Shown here: one piece after another, positions 7,349 through 17,379 of the stretch
Position numbering within the stretch: position 1 is the stretch's first letter
How the letters are laid out: every line of letters starts with the position of its first letter
Source of the DNA: an uncultured virus (IMG/VR IMGVR_UViG_3300028887_000111)
Lineage: Duplodnaviria > Heunggongvirae > Uroviricota > Caudoviricetes
Virus record (IMG/VR): IMGVR_UViG_3300028887_000111
Span: 52,740 to 72,739 of that record
Length of the DNA: 20,000 nt
Direction: 5' to 3' (one strand)
The notes under the pieces: generated by a model
Seen by the model: the letters and a program-made list of their open reading frames with translations, nothing else
The model's database searches: none
Told to the model about the DNA's origin: nothing
Program-made: the position numbers and the translations under genes

Positions 7349-10300
7349 TTATTTAGACTTTCTATAAGAATTTAGATACCAATATTTTCTGCCGTTGTAC
7401 TCTCGTGCTGAGACTTGCTCCGCGTAGAATATGTCGCCCTTTTGCAGCTTGCACTTCTCGTACACAGCTTTCATCACCGTGAGGTCGCTATCCTTGCCTT
7501 TGCCGAGGAAAGTCGCTGAGACTTTGTATGCCCAGAGCTTGCCGTCAGACTTGCGCTTGCAGGGATAGACCGTGCGGACGTAGCCAACTCTACGCTCACT
7601 CTCCTTGCCACTTGCCGCGATGTAGCCCAAGTATTCAAGCTGGGCTTCTATCTTCTCCACGGCGGGTATATCCGTATTCGGCAGACTTGCCGCGTAGTCC
7701 TCTATGAGAACGCCGAAGTCGGCAAACTGATACGCGCTTGCTGTCTCTTTGGTCGCCAGTCGGTTAAGTTGCTCTATGGTGAACCGTTCTATCGCAGTCT
7801 TTTTAATCTGCGACTTGCTTACCCATTCGCCACCGTCACGTTTGAACAGCTTTTGGAATAGGTCGAATATTGCAAGGAGCTTTGCGCTGCCGCCAAATTC
7901 GCTGAAGAAGTCCAACCGGATAAGGATTTCAGTCTGACGGGTGTTGCAAGGGTTCACGCGGAGAAAGTCGAGGAAAGAACTGAATTGCTGATCTCGCATA
8001 TCGTAGAGCGCAGTCGCCACGGCTGAGTTAAGGAACTTGACCGAGCTGACGGACTTGTAGATCGTGTTGGTGGACTTGTCACAGGTGTAGCGGTCTGAGG
8101 AATGACGGAACTTGATAGGAGATAAGATGATACCGAAACTCGGCAATTCGCCTGTAAGAGAAGCTGTCTTATCTTCGTCCGAGCCGTAATTATTAAAGCA
8201 AACCGTATAATATTCTAATGGATAATGAGATTTGAGATATGCGCCATACAACATATCGTAGGCTGTGGCTACCGCATGAGGCGCGGCAAATCCGTATGAC
8301 ATACAGCTTTGTACGAGATTCCATATATCTTGGAACTTATCATCATTGCCGACCTGTTTAATCCAATTCTCGTGCAACCTATCCTCCAACTTGCTAAAAT
8401 CTTCGGGCTTTATTTTCTTCTTGCTGATTTTCTTTATAAGCCCTATTGATTCGGCAGGTGATACACCGAGCCATTCAAAGTATTGCATAAGGTTTTCTTG
8501 GAAAAGTATGAACGAGCCAGTCTCTTTTAAGACTTCATCAAACTGTGGACAGCCCGTGTCATACTTGGTTCTTGATATGAACATATCACGCCACGATTCA
8601 AATGACGGTCTAAGAGCCGCTGTGAACATTGCACACTCTCTCACGTTAGTTGCTTGATATTGTTTCATTAGTGAAGTTGCCCAATCTCCATCGACTTGAT
8701 TAAGTGTAGCGGTCAGTCCTTTTTTAAAAAGCTCAAATGTCTTATCGTCAAGAGCTTCATTGAGCTGCTGTATGCTCATAATAGGCATACCTATCATCTC
8801 AAAGGTTTCAGAGATTAACTTCCAAACAGAAACAATCAAGTAGTCATTTTTCAAAATTTTGTATTCGTCTGCTTCGGACGATGTTATCATAACACATAAA
8901 TTGTCACCTACTCTTACGACACCATACTCATAACGCAAGTCTTTGTTATCGAGAATATGAGCGCAAGGGTGAACCGAAGCAGATACTATCGCACCTACAT
9001 ATCGCTTACTTTCCTCGATTATCGGTTTCCACTTATTGTTATCGGCATACTTCTCAATATTTTTAGCAACATCATTGAACTCATCAAAAGCCAAACCGTG
9101 GGATCGGCAAACATTTCTAAAGGCTTCACCCTCTTGCATTGTGCCGTAAGCTATCATAGGATAACAACCGTGTTCGCCAAGTAGCTCTTTAGAGGCTTTC
9201 TGAAACGGTTCTTGCGATACTACGTTAAAATCTATGTCTGGGAGTGCTCTGTTCTCCAACAGCCTCGCAGTTGACATGAAGCGGCTCGCGTACAATTTAA
9301 CAGGTGATTTGAGCATATCAATCTGTGTCATACCTAAAAGCTTGTTTAAATAATAAGCTCCACATGAGCCTCTGCCTGTTCTTGTAAGAATACCACCGTA
9401 CTTATTAACCGCAAGGTCTGTATTCTTCTCATTAAATAAGAAGTAGTCTGCCGTGTTGATAGAGATTGTATCAGCAACAGTTTTTAACTCATCCTCTATC
9501 TCGGCAATATATTTTGGCTTATCGGCTTCGGATATATTTTCTTCTATGCAAGTCTTTTCACACGCTTTGTAAACGTGTTTGCGCAGTTCATCAACTCGCT
9601 CTTGTGGTGTAAGATTTGAATATATCGTAGGCATTTTAATCTCTTTGTCAAGCTGAATATCCTCACAACTCTCAAAGACAAAAGTGCTGTTCATAGCTTC
9701 GTCTATCTGTCGTGGTGACAAAACACCTTGATCTATAAATCTTTGATAGAGAGTGTTGCCGTCAGGATAGTCAAGCAAGAACTCATCTTCGTCGCCATAA
9801 TTAAGCCCTTTGCCCTCTAAGTAAGCCTTACGTTCAATCGCTTGCTCTGGATAAATATAGTGGCTATCTGTGGCGGCGATAAGTTTTAACCCGTACTGCT
9901 GTGCTATTTCAAGACATTTGATATTATGCTGTTTCTGCACTTCTACATTATGAGCCTGTACTTCAACAAACATATTCTCACCAAAGTGCCGTACTAACGG
10001 CTGAAATATGTTCTCAATAGCATCATCAGTCTTTAAAAGACCGGCGACACAGGCTGTAGACAGATATATGTCGTCCTTATCCAATGCCAGTAAATCATCA
10101 ATGAAGATACGGGGCTTGTAATAATAACCGTCAATATGAGCATGAGAGCTAACATAATTGACTTTCTTACGAGCCACATCGGTGCGCGGTATGATGATAA
10201 TGTGGTAATTAGATTTGTCCTTTTCTAAAGGATTGGCGACTATATAGCCCTCAATGCCAAACATACAGCGCAGACCATACTTATCGCACAAGGTTTTTGC

Positions 10301-10468
10301 CTCAAATATATCACCGCCTGTGCCGTGATTAGTTGTGAAATACATTGTATCGCCCAACTCTACTGCACGTTTAACATATTCTTCTGCCTTTATATGAGTG
10401 TCGGGGGTGAGAAAAGAGGAAATATGATCGTGTTTGTGGTAATTAACATACTTTCGCATAATCATCAT
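7349..10468 (-). CDS. dnaE: DNA polymerase III alpha subunit (family C), ~1039 aa
   Basis: N-terminal PHP domain (HKHDH, TNHG, ATDSHY), GRGS, catalytic PDIDF, HPCAH, LFQE, YGFAAPHA, YLKSHYP.EY. Confidence 0.95.
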   Translation of the reverse strand: MMIMRKYVNYHKHDHISSFLTPDTHIKAEEYVKRAVELGDTMYFTTNHGTGGDIFEAKTLCDKYGLRCMFGIEGYIVANPLEKDKSNYHIIIIPRTDVARKKVNYVSSHAHIDGYYYKPRIFIDDLLALDKDDIYLSTACVAGLLKTDDAIENIFQPLVRHFGENMFVEVQAHNVEVQKQHNIKCLEIAQQYGLKLIAATDSHYIYPEQAIERKAYLEGKGLNYGDEDEFLLDYPDGNTLYQRFIDQGVLSPRQIDEAMNSTFVFESCEDIQLDKEIKMPTIYSNLTPQERVDELRKHVYKACEKTCIEENISEADKPKYIAEIEDELKTVADTISINTADYFLFNEKNTDLAVNKYGGILTRTGRGSCGAYYLNKLLGMTQIDMLKSPVKLYASRFMSTARLLENRALPDIDFNVVSQEPFQKASKELLGEHGCYPMIAYGTMQEGEAFRNVCRSHGLAFDEFNDVAKNIEKYADNNKWKPIIEESKRYVGAIVSASVHPCAHILDNKDLRYEYGVVRVGDNLCVMITSSEADEYKILKNDYLIVSVWKLISETFEMIGMPIMSIQQLNEALDDKTFELFKKGLTATLNQVDGDWATSLMKQYQATNVRECAMFTAALRPSFESWRDMFISRTKYDTGCPQFDEVLKETGSFILFQENLMQYFEWLGVSPAESIGLIKKISKKKIKPEDFSKLEDRLHENWIKQVGNDDKFQDIWNLVQSCMSYGFAAPHAVATAYDMLYGAYLKSHYPLEYYTVCFNNYGSDEDKTASLTGELPSFGIILSPIKFRHSSDRYTCDKSTNTIYKSVSSVKFLNSAVATALYDMRDQQFSSFLDFLRVNPCNTRQTEILIRLDFFSEFGGSAKLLAIFDLFQKLFKRDGGEWVSKSQIKKTAIERFTIEQLNRLATKETASAYQFADFGVLIEDYAASLPNTDIPAVEKIEAQLEYLGYIAASGKESERRVGYVRTVYPCKRKSDGKLWAYKVSATFLGKGKDSDLTVMKAVYEKCKLQKGDIFYAEQVSAREYNGRKYWYLNSYRKSK

Positions 10469-10470
10469 CC

Positions 10471-11055
10471 TTATGTATCTAAGAAATCCTTTTCGTCACC
10501 CATAACCCATCTCAGCGCAGCCAGTATACCACTCCAATAACCGTAGTCCCAATCGCTTACAGGCTCTTTGAAGTCTATCCCATACTTCTCGCACACCTTA
10601 TCAATAGCCTTTATGCAACCGTCGAGAATGTCAACCTGCACACTCTCAGTACCCTCAAGCATATTGACAAACATATTTTGCTTTCTCACAAGCCACACGC
10701 GATCAAACGCTTCTGACTCATATTCGCGGATTTCTTCTTCCGACCTCATAGGCGGTTCTTCATACTCCGGCTCATCGTCCAAGTATTCGTATATATCGTC
10801 CGACGAGAAATAGTCAACAAGTATGTCGTAGACCTCTGTGAAACTATCAGCACCACAAATAAGCTCAAGTATTGTATTAACGACCTCATCGTACTTGTCA
10901 ACATTTTTGAGCAAGTAATGCCAAATACAGCCGTGACCGGCGTGGTGATAACAGACACCAAATCCATTATCACCGTCACGCAGCCAGACCTCAACGTATG
11001 AGCATTTCTGTAAATCATCTGTTTTCTTGCCGTAAATTACATCATTTCTCTGCAT
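10471..11055 (-). CDS. Hypothetical acidic protein
   Basis: Start moved to ATG 11055 (MQRND, SD GGAG 11066-11069) to avoid overlap with the primase; C-terminal GYWSGILAALRWVMG. Confidence 0.7.
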   Translation of the reverse strand: MQRNDVIYGKKTDDLQKCSYVEVWLRDGDNGFGVCYHHAGHGCIWHYLLKNVDKYDEVVNTILELICGADSFTEVYDILVDYFSSDDIYEYLDDEPEYEEPPMRSEEEIREYESEAFDRVWLVRKQNMFVNMLEGTESVQVDILDGCIKAIDKVCEKYGIDFKEPVSDWDYGYWSGILAALRWVMGDEKDFLDT

Positions 11056-11060
11056 ATTAA

Positions 11061-12956
11061 TCACGCTCCAAACACTTCTTGTTCCGTTTCTTTTATTTGC
11101 TCCATTACCACGCATTCAGGTGGGTTCTCAGCCAAGCAGTTGCCCTTATCCCAAGAATACACGCGATTTAACTCGTCCTCGTCAGTGAAAAATCTGCGGC
11201 TTGGATAGTCAAAATTCAGATTAACCGATACTCCATTTTTGCCGAGGTATCTGTCCTTAATTATCTTAACGGTAGCACCGCCCTGTGCGTTGCGCTCCAT
11301 ACCAAGCATACGGCAAGAGAGATTAGCGATATTCATTGAGCCGGAGGCATCGTCCATACCGAGACTTTCATTGGTCTTTCTTGAGTGTGCCACGAGGAAT
11401 ACTGCCACGTTGTACGTCAAGGCAAATCTTACGCACTTGCGGACGATCTCTGTCTGGCGCATAAGGTCAGAGTCACAGCCTTTACAGGATATGCAAGTCA
11501 AGTTATCAAGTATCACAAGGGAGCAACCGTAGCGGCGCACACATATCTCGGCAGTCTTGAGAATGTCGTCTATGTCAATGCTTTCTCCGTCTTTGTAGAG
11601 ATAAAGCTGTCCTTTGTAGAAGTCCAATATCTCTTTACGGGCAGCAGGGGTAACACGATAATACGGAGTTCCCTCCTTGCTGATAAAAGAATTGATATTG
11701 CGACGACCTGCTATGCTGTACATAATCCAGTTGGCTTGGAGCTGATTTGAGAGTTCCTGCGAGTACATAAATAACGACTTGCCGTCATTTAGTGTTTCCG
11801 CAGTCAATTGTCCCATGAGCGATGTTTTACCTGACGCTGCTTTAGAAAATACGGTTGTTAGAGAGCCGGAAAAATTACGCATTAAGACTTTATCCAGCTC
11901 TTTCAGTCCAAAGGTAACACCGTCCACTTCGTCGAGGTTATAATCTCTGACGTTGGAGAAGTCTACGACGGTAGGGATAGGCGCATTTATTGCCTCTAAA
12001 ACACATTCCAGCACCTTTTCTTTGCCGTACCAATACATAACTTCGTTGGTGTCTGAGACTTTAATCTCTGTGCCATCAGGCTTCTTGAATGAAGTTGGGT
12101 ATTGAACCGCGCGGCATCGCCATTGTCCCAATCTCGCCACAACAGCCTTATTGAATTTGCGACCTGCGGCATCGTTATCGCCAGCCACTACTATGGTGTC
12201 AAACTGTTCAAGGAAGTCCCACTGAGCGTCTATCCAAGACATATCGGCACACCCAAAAGGAATGCTGACTGAGTTCTTGTAGCCAGACTCAATAGCAGCG
12301 AGACAGTCAATAGCCCCCTCTGTTATCAATAAAGGCTCTGACGGATTGGCAAGATGCTGTAAAAACAGAACGCTTTCGTGGTCAGTATCTTTTTGAACCC
12401 AACATTTTGCACCTTTGCCCTTTTCTACTTTATGGGCAGGACGGAGCTTGACCGTCTTGAGAACGTCATTGCTGTCAATGAATGGAAACTCAATATTGCC
12501 GTTACCGTCACATGAAAGTCCGGCATAGTCAACAACAGCCTTGCTGATGCCACGCTTTGCCAGATATTCGTAAGCGGGTGTCATATCAGCGTGAGTAAGG
12601 GTAGGATAGCGATAAGTCTTATCCTTTTTTACGCCGACCTCCGGCATTGGTATATCCATACCGGCAAGCTCAAAGACCTTTGTAGCAGCTTCGTTGAACG
12701 TCATTCCTTTGCCTTGTATATAGGAATCGAGGAGATCAACGCTCTTGCCGCAAGAAAAACAATGAAACCTCAGTCTCTTTTGGTCAAAAATCAGACTCGG
12801 AGTTTTCTCGCTGTGCCAACAGCACAATGCTTTTTTATTCTTGCTGTCATACTGCTCAAGAGAAAGAACATCAGCCATTATATCGGCGGCATTTATGCCT
12901 ATTTTCTCTTTTGCCTCCGCTATAAGTTCCTTATCTATCATCTTCATCCACCCCAC
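11061..12956 (-). CDS. Bifunctional DNA primase-helicase (Zn finger + TOPRIM + SF4 helicase)
   Basis: CCWHSEKTPS...CFSC Zn finger; ITEGAID and GDNDAAG TOPRIM; Walker A AASGKTS; Walker B ILDNL; VAHSRK. Confidence 0.92.
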   Translation of the reverse strand: MGWMKMIDKELIAEAKEKIGINAADIMADVLSLEQYDSKNKKALCCWHSEKTPSLIFDQKRLRFHCFSCGKSVDLLDSYIQGKGMTFNEAATKVFELAGMDIPMPEVGVKKDKTYRYPTLTHADMTPAYEYLAKRGISKAVVDYAGLSCDGNGNIEFPFIDSNDVLKTVKLRPAHKVEKGKGAKCWVQKDTDHESVLFLQHLANPSEPLLITEGAIDCLAAIESGYKNSVSIPFGCADMSWIDAQWDFLEQFDTIVVAGDNDAAGRKFNKAVVARLGQWRCRAVQYPTSFKKPDGTEIKVSDTNEVMYWYGKEKVLECVLEAINAPIPTVVDFSNVRDYNLDEVDGVTFGLKELDKVLMRNFSGSLTTVFSKAASGKTSLMGQLTAETLNDGKSLFMYSQELSNQLQANWIMYSIAGRRNINSFISKEGTPYYRVTPAARKEILDFYKGQLYLYKDGESIDIDDILKTAEICVRRYGCSLVILDNLTCISCKGCDSDLMRQTEIVRKCVRFALTYNVAVFLVAHSRKTNESLGMDDASGSMNIANLSCRMLGMERNAQGGATVKIIKDRYLGKNGVSVNLNFDYPSRRFFTDEDELNRVYSWDKGNCLAENPPECVVMEQIKETEQEVFGA

Positions 12957-13668
12957 TATAAACGCAATTCAGTCTGCAAAGGCTCTCACAGTAAAACTTA
13001 TCAACCTTGCACTCCCAGTCAGTCGTAGCCAGTATTGTATCAACGCCAACCTTGAACCAGTCTATCGCCGCCGTGTAGTCGCCCTCTTTGAACAGCTCCT
13101 CGTCCCACGGCTCATCGCACCGGAACTTATTGAATACTAACTTATACGGAAACTCGCCGTACATTTCCTTTATGCGGTAAGCGTACAGATAAAGCTGGCG
13201 CATATAGTCGGCACGTTCCTTCTTGGACTTCCAAGCACCGTGCGACTTGTAATCTATGAGCACAATTCCGTTCTCGTCACGCACTATTAAGTCCGCAAAT
13301 CCGATAAACTTATGCCCACCTATCACAGCTTTCAGCTCTTGCTCTACCCCGATTATCTCACCGGCAATGCCGTCAAAATTCTGGAAGTATGCAAGAGTCT
13401 TGTCGTAGAAAGCCTTATACATATTAAAATATGGGAACTTCTCAGTCACCCACATATCATATTCTTGTTCAAATGTGTCCGCAAGCTCAAACTCGTAAAG
13501 CTCACCCTTCGCCCAGCGTTCTAAAATGCTGTGAGCCAGTGAACCGTGTTGTGCAAAGGCATTATCGCCCTCAGTTATATCCTCAACATATTTCAGATAG
13601 AACGCCCACGGACAAGTCTCGTAGAGTTTGAGAGAGCTATACGACCACTCTTTTTTAGTTAAGTCCAC
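12931..13668 (-). CDS. PD-(D/E)XK exonuclease (RecB/AddB/Cas4-like), 245 aa
   Basis: WSYSSL..CP, G...H, GFADL...IDYKS, QLYLYA, C-terminal Cys cluster. Confidence 0.88.
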   Translation of the reverse strand: MDLTKKEWSYSSLKLYETCPWAFYLKYVEDITEGDNAFAQHGSLAHSILERWAKGELYEFELADTFEQEYDMWVTEKFPYFNMYKAFYDKTLAYFQNFDGIAGEIIGVEQELKAVIGGHKFIGFADLIVRDENGIVLIDYKSHGAWKSKKERADYMRQLYLYAYRIKEMYGEFPYKLVFNKFRCDEPWDEELFKEGDYTAAIDWFKVGVDTILATTDWECKVDKFYCESLCRLNCVYSGVDEDDR

Positions 13669-13696
13669 CTTACCACTCCTTTTATATTATAGGCTT

Positions 13697-13714
13697 GCCG
13701 CCCCGAAGGGCGGC
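13697..13714 (-). terminator. GC-rich stem-loop with UUCG loop after ssb (terminator or mRNA-stabilising hairpin)
   Basis: GCCGCCC-TTCG-GGGCGGC on the minus strand; no U-tract follows on that strand. Confidence 0.5.
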
Positions 13715-13721
13715 TTTACCA

Positions 13722-14126
13722 TTAGAAAGGAATATCTTCTGAAGCTGTCTCTGTTTCGGCAGGTGTCTCAGCCTTTGCCGGAGCTGCCTGTGTCTCAGTC
13801 TTAGCACCACCGTCGCCCTTAGAGCCGACAAACTCCACCTTGTCTACCCACACATCAGTTGTGAAATGCTTAGTGCCGTCCTTCTCGTAAGAGCCGGTTT
13901 TGATATTGCCCTCAAGAGCTATCTGCTTGCCCTTGCTGAAATATTTAGCCAGAAATTCGCTTGTCTTGCCCCAAGCTACGCAACGGATAAAGTCGGTTGC
14001 CTTATCCTTGCCAGCCCCTATATTTCTATCCACAGCAATGTTAAATGTAGCCGTGGAAGTGCCACCCTGAGTCTGTCTTACGTCAATATCGCTTGAGATT
14101 CTGCCTATAAGAATTACCTTATTCAT
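13722..14126 (-). CDS. ssb: Single-stranded DNA-binding protein
   Basis: MNKVILIGR..., F.IAVDR, DFIRCVAWGK, acidic tail ending DIPF. Confidence 0.96.
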   Translation of the reverse strand: MNKVILIGRISSDIDVRQTQGGTSTATFNIAVDRNIGAGKDKATDFIRCVAWGKTSEFLAKYFSKGKQIALEGNIKTGSYEKDGTKHFTTDVWVDKVEFVGSKGDGGAKTETQAAPAKAETPAETETASEDIPF

Positions 14127-14143
14127 TACTTAAATAACCTCCA

Positions 14144-14866
14144 TTACTTAGATTTCTTCTCGGACTGAAAGTCCTTAATGTCCAGTTTGTCAAGCTCCTC
14201 GTTAAGCCTTTCAAGAAGCTCATCGCTCAGATTCATCGGGTTCTTGCAACCGCCAAAGTTTGCCTGTAACCAAGCAGCCAGCTTATCGCGGTCATAGCCG
14301 TCCTTAATCTTAGCCTTAAACTTGCCAATAGCGTCCTGTCTGTCAAGTCCGTCCAACACCTTCTTATCCTTTGCAAGATCAGTGTAGTCATCCTTTAACC
14401 ATGATGATAAGCCATATCCGAGGTACGCTATATTCTTTGCCACGCAACGCCTGAGAGCCTTGTTTACGTCTGTGCTCTTTACGTTTGCCGCAGGAACAGC
14501 CTGATTGCGGTTGTCCATTATAGGCAGGGTGCAGTATTCCTCAATGCCCTGTGACGGTATCTTAACGCAGGTCTTAACCCAACAGGTATTACCGTCTGTG
14601 CCGTAGGGAAGTTCAACCTCGACAAGCTCACTATGGTATGTCTCCCCTTCTGCTGTTTTAGAGGCAAGCACCGAGACTAACTTCTGAGTCTTAAAAGTAC
14701 ACTCCTCAATAATGGCATCAGGATAATACATACGCAGTTTTTCGATTGAACGCGCCCACGGAACATAAGTAACAGAATACTTACCGTCGCCCTTAGACAC
14801 CACATCATTTGTTGTGTCGATGCTCGCCAGCGTTTCAAACACCGACTTCTTCTTTGTTTCTGACAT
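14144..14866 (-). CDS. Single-strand annealing protein (Sak/Rad52-like, DUF1071-type)
   Basis: TYVPWA, LPIMDNRNQA, VNKALRRCVAKNIA..GYGL; located next to ssb and an exonuclease. Confidence 0.8.
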   Translation of the reverse strand: MSETKKKSVFETLASIDTTNDVVSKGDGKYSVTYVPWARSIEKLRMYYPDAIIEECTFKTQKLVSVLASKTAEGETYHSELVEVELPYGTDGNTCWVKTCVKIPSQGIEEYCTLPIMDNRNQAVPAANVKSTDVNKALRRCVAKNIAYLGYGLSSWLKDDYTDLAKDKKVLDGLDRQDAIGKFKAKIKDGYDRDKLAAWLQANFGGCKNPMNLSDELLERLNEELDKLDIKDFQSEKKSK

Positions 14867-14903
14867 AGTTTACTTCCTTTCTAATAGTATATGCAAACTG
14901 TTT

Positions 14904-15146
14904 TCACAGATTTTGCCAAACATTGTTTATCTCAGTCGCTTTCCTCGCCTGTTCCTCAGTCCCATACTGCCGGATAGTGTACAGGATATTCTCTGCGACT
15001 GCCTTATTGGTTATCTTCAGCGGATTTCTCTCGCCGCCATTAAGAGCCGCGATTATATCATATAGGTACAACCGCAGTTCCTTTTTGTCTTTAGCGGCGG
15101 CTATGCGCTCCTTGCAAAGCTCGACTATCTGCTGTCTGATGTCCAC
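14904..15146 (-). CDS. Hypothetical protein, 80 aa
   Basis: GTG start with SD GGGAGG; operon orientation. Confidence 0.65.
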   Translation of the reverse strand: MDIRQQIVELCKERIAAAKDKKELRLYLYDIIAALNGGERNPLKITNKAVAENILYTIRQYGTEEQARKATEINNVWQNL

Positions 15147-15454
15147 GGTTTCTTCCTCCCTATAAGTTCAGCGAAGCGGTAAGTAGCTCTTTGCTCATCA
15201 AACCAATTGCAAGCGTCCATGAAGCCTGTAAAGCTATAAGGAAACAGCTTGTTGACCAACATCTTGCCCTCAACATCAAACCTTGCGTTCATGTTATACC
15301 TATCAGGGCAGTCAACTTCCATATAGTAATCGGGCGTTTGAACCCACAGGCACATTCCGTTAGGATTGTTGGCAATGACTTCCTTGACATCAATCATATT
15401 TACAGGCTCAAAAAATCCTCTGTCTTGTGTTCTGAATAATTCATATGTGGTCAT
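15125..15454 (-). CDS. Hypothetical protein, 109 aa
   Basis: SD GAGGAG; tightly packed with neighbours. Confidence 0.65.
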   Translation of the reverse strand: MTTYELFRTQDRGFFEPVNMIDVKEVIANNPNGMCLWVQTPDYYMEVDCPDRYNMNARFDVEGKMLVNKLFPYSFTGFMDACNWFDEQRATYRFAELIGRKKPWTSDSR

Positions 15455-15455
15455 A

Positions 15456-15644
15456 TTAATTCTCCTCGTTTAACCACGCTGCGATGCATTTGTAACAGTC
15501 CCAATTATATTTCTCACAACGCCCGTCTATGGAATTAAAATCTTGTTCTTCCATTCTATAAACAAAACATCCATCAAATCGCTCGTTAATTATATTTAGC
15601 ATATCAATAAGTGCCATATTGTTTAACCAATCACGATTCTTCAT
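15456..15644 (-). CDS. Hypothetical Cys-containing protein (likely start MKNRDWL)
   Basis: C...C..CIAAWLNEE ending, a common small phage protein pattern. Confidence 0.6.
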   Translation of the reverse strand: MKNRDWLNNMALIDMLNIINERFDGCFVYRMEEQDFNSIDGRCEKYNWDCYKCIAAWLNEEN

Positions 15645-15945
15645 ACGGCTCAAACCCCACTTCGTAAATTCGTTGCACATAATCCTCGACATCTGCCAAA
15701 GTCCAATCACAGAAGAACTTCAGATTTACAGGCTCATGCGTTCCTTTCTGATAGAGCTGCGTTTCAACTTCAAAATTCTCTGGAACTGAACCCCAAGAGT
15801 AATACATATTAACGTTGATAAAATACAGCGTATCACCATTCTCTGTCGTAAACCGCTTCTGAAAGCATTTATCCGCAGTATCAAACCTTGTTGGTGGGAA
15901 CTCTTTATAGCCTTTGTCAAGCAGTTCTTGAATATTAATTGTCAT
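15631..15945 (-). CDS. Hypothetical protein, 104 aa
   Basis: SD AGGAG; operon orientation. Confidence 0.65.
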   Translation of the reverse strand: MTINIQELLDKGYKEFPPTRFDTADKCFQKRFTTENGDTLYFINVNMYYSWGSVPENFEVETQLYQKGTHEPVNLKFFCDWTLADVEDYVQRIYEVGFEPYEES

Positions 15946-15951
15946 CTCTTA

Positions 15952-16152
15952 TCATCTCCTATTGCACTTTTCGCAAGTTCCACACCATGTATACAGAAAA
16001 TATGTGCATATCTCTAACACATCATCTGCTGACAATGAAGTGTAGGGAAAGTTAACATCGTTCTTAATGCGCTTACAAATATCTTCGTAGCACAACGTAT
16101 TATCTTCCATAGCTACCAGCGTATTCTCAATTAGATGTTCAAGATTACTCAT
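15952..16152 (-). CDS. Hypothetical protein, 66 aa
   Basis: SD GGAGGTG. Confidence 0.65.
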   Translation of the reverse strand: MSNLEHLIENTLVAMEDNTLCYEDICKRIKNDVNFPYTSLSADDVLEICTYFLYTWCGTCEKCNRR

Positions 16153-16179
16153 GTGTTCACCTCCAATAAAACGTAGGTT

Positions 16180-16377
16180 TCAAGTTTTGTTTACATAATC
16201 CCTGAATATCTGTATCATCTCATCTTCTTCGGGAAAGAAAATATCTCTCTTGGTCTTAGCTTGCCAATCAGCCAACACATTGACTATCATCTGACCGAAA
16301 CGCCAATCAGGAAAGTTCTTCTTATGTATCTCTTTAAGCTCGTCGTAGAACTTATCAAGTCTGTTTATGTCTCTCAT
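16180..16377 (-). CDS. Hypothetical protein, 65 aa (MRDINR...PDWRFGQ type)
   Basis: SD GGAGGTG; MRD.NR...PD.RFGQ...F.ED pattern. Confidence 0.75.
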   Translation of the reverse strand: MRDINRLDKFYDELKEIHKKNFPDWRFGQMIVNVLADWQAKTKRDIFFPEEDEMIQIFRDYVNKT

Positions 16378-16403
16378 GGTTCACCTCCGATAAAATGTAG
16401 CTT

Positions 16404-16637
16404 TCATATCTTTTCAAATTCTTCCTTTAACTTTATCCACTCGTCTATATACCATTGTTTTACAGCCTTTAAACAATCATCAGGCAAAAGGTCTATGTAG
16501 TCGCTCACACCATCGCTACACACTCCATGTATGTTAAAATGGTCGTACTGATTGTCATTGAGCATTTTAATTATATCATCGTACTCTGACATTTTCTTTC
16601 TTGTAGCAATAGCCTTATCAAGTTTATCATTGGTCAT
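16404..16637 (-). CDS. Hypothetical protein, 77 aa
   Basis: SD GGAGGTG; flanked by dyad sites. Confidence 0.65.
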   Translation of the reverse strand: MTNDKLDKAIATRKKMSEYDDIIKMLNDNQYDHFNIHGVCSDGVSDYIDLLPDDCLKAVKQWYIDEWIKLKEEFEKI

Positions 16638-16666
16638 TCATTGTTCACCTCCAATAAAATGCAACT

Positions 16667-16987
16667 TTAATATACAACCCAGTCCATCGGGTGTTCTGCC
16701 GCAACTCTGTTCCCGTTTGAAAATGGACAATGGTCGAGAAAAGCACACTTATTACAGTAGTAATTATTTTTGCACTCTGTTTTAATCAGGCTAAACGGAT
16801 TTGCCTTCCACTCTTTAAGTTCCGTAAGCCATTCTGCAATCTGCCTAGAATAAGCAGAACACTCAGAACACTCATCTATATACTCTTTAATTGGAGTACC
16901 CGCCAAATTATTTTTAATATTTTTAATTATTGCTTCTTGCTGATCTGCAAGTCTTTCACAATCGTTTATAGTTTGTTCAAGCGTCAT
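16667..16987 (-). CDS. Hypothetical Cys-rich protein (likely start MTLEQ)
   Basis: SD AGGAG at 16996-17000; RQIAEWLTELKE motif shared with 17686-18087. Confidence 0.65.
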   Translation of the reverse strand: MTLEQTINDCERLADQQEAIIKNIKNNLAGTPIKEYIDECSECSAYSRQIAEWLTELKEWKANPFSLIKTECKNNYYCNKCAFLDHCPFSNGNRVAAEHPMDWVVY

Positions 16988-17004
16988 TGTTAGTTCTCCT
17001 TGTT

Positions 17005-17379
17005 TCAGTGTTTCAGCTTGACGCCGCATCTCGGGCAGAATGAGGCATATCTCATACCTGTTTCATGCTCATTACATACAGAACATCTTTCGTACCCCTC
17101 ATTATCAATATAGCAATGCCCCATATTAAGCTTCTCATGCTCGTTGAATCCTAATATATAAGCAGCTACTTCTCCCTCGGTCATATCAGGATAACCACGT
17201 TTTATGTTATGTTTTTCAAGTTTTGGTACAACTACATCTTTTATGGTTTGTAGTTCTACGGTTGGTAAATTTGCAAGGTATTCAACAGGCACAACCTCTA
17301 AACTGCCATAGTCCCTTGTTTGTACTGTGATGATATGACTATCATCAAGCACCCTTTCAAGCTCTAAGTACTCTTTCAT
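17005..17379 (-). CDS. Hypothetical protein with C-terminal Zn ribbon, 124 aa
   Basis: CSVC...FCPRCG; SD GGGAGG. Confidence 0.7.
   Translation of the reverse strand: MKEYLELERVLDDSHIITVQTRDYGSLEVVPVEYLANLPTVELQTIKDVVVPKLEKHNIKRGYPDMTEGEVAAYILGFNEHEKLNMGHCYIDNEGYERCSVCNEHETGMRYASFCPRCGVKLKH

Noticed and set aside
7349..12956. Intein or intron in the polymerase or primase-helicase
   Set aside because: ORFs are continuous and of ordinary length; no intein splice or homing-endonuclease motifs were noticed.
12931..13668. Cas4-like nuclease as part of a CRISPR-Cas system
   Set aside because: No other cas genes or array; its position between ssb/annealing protein and primase fits a phage recombination exonuclease.
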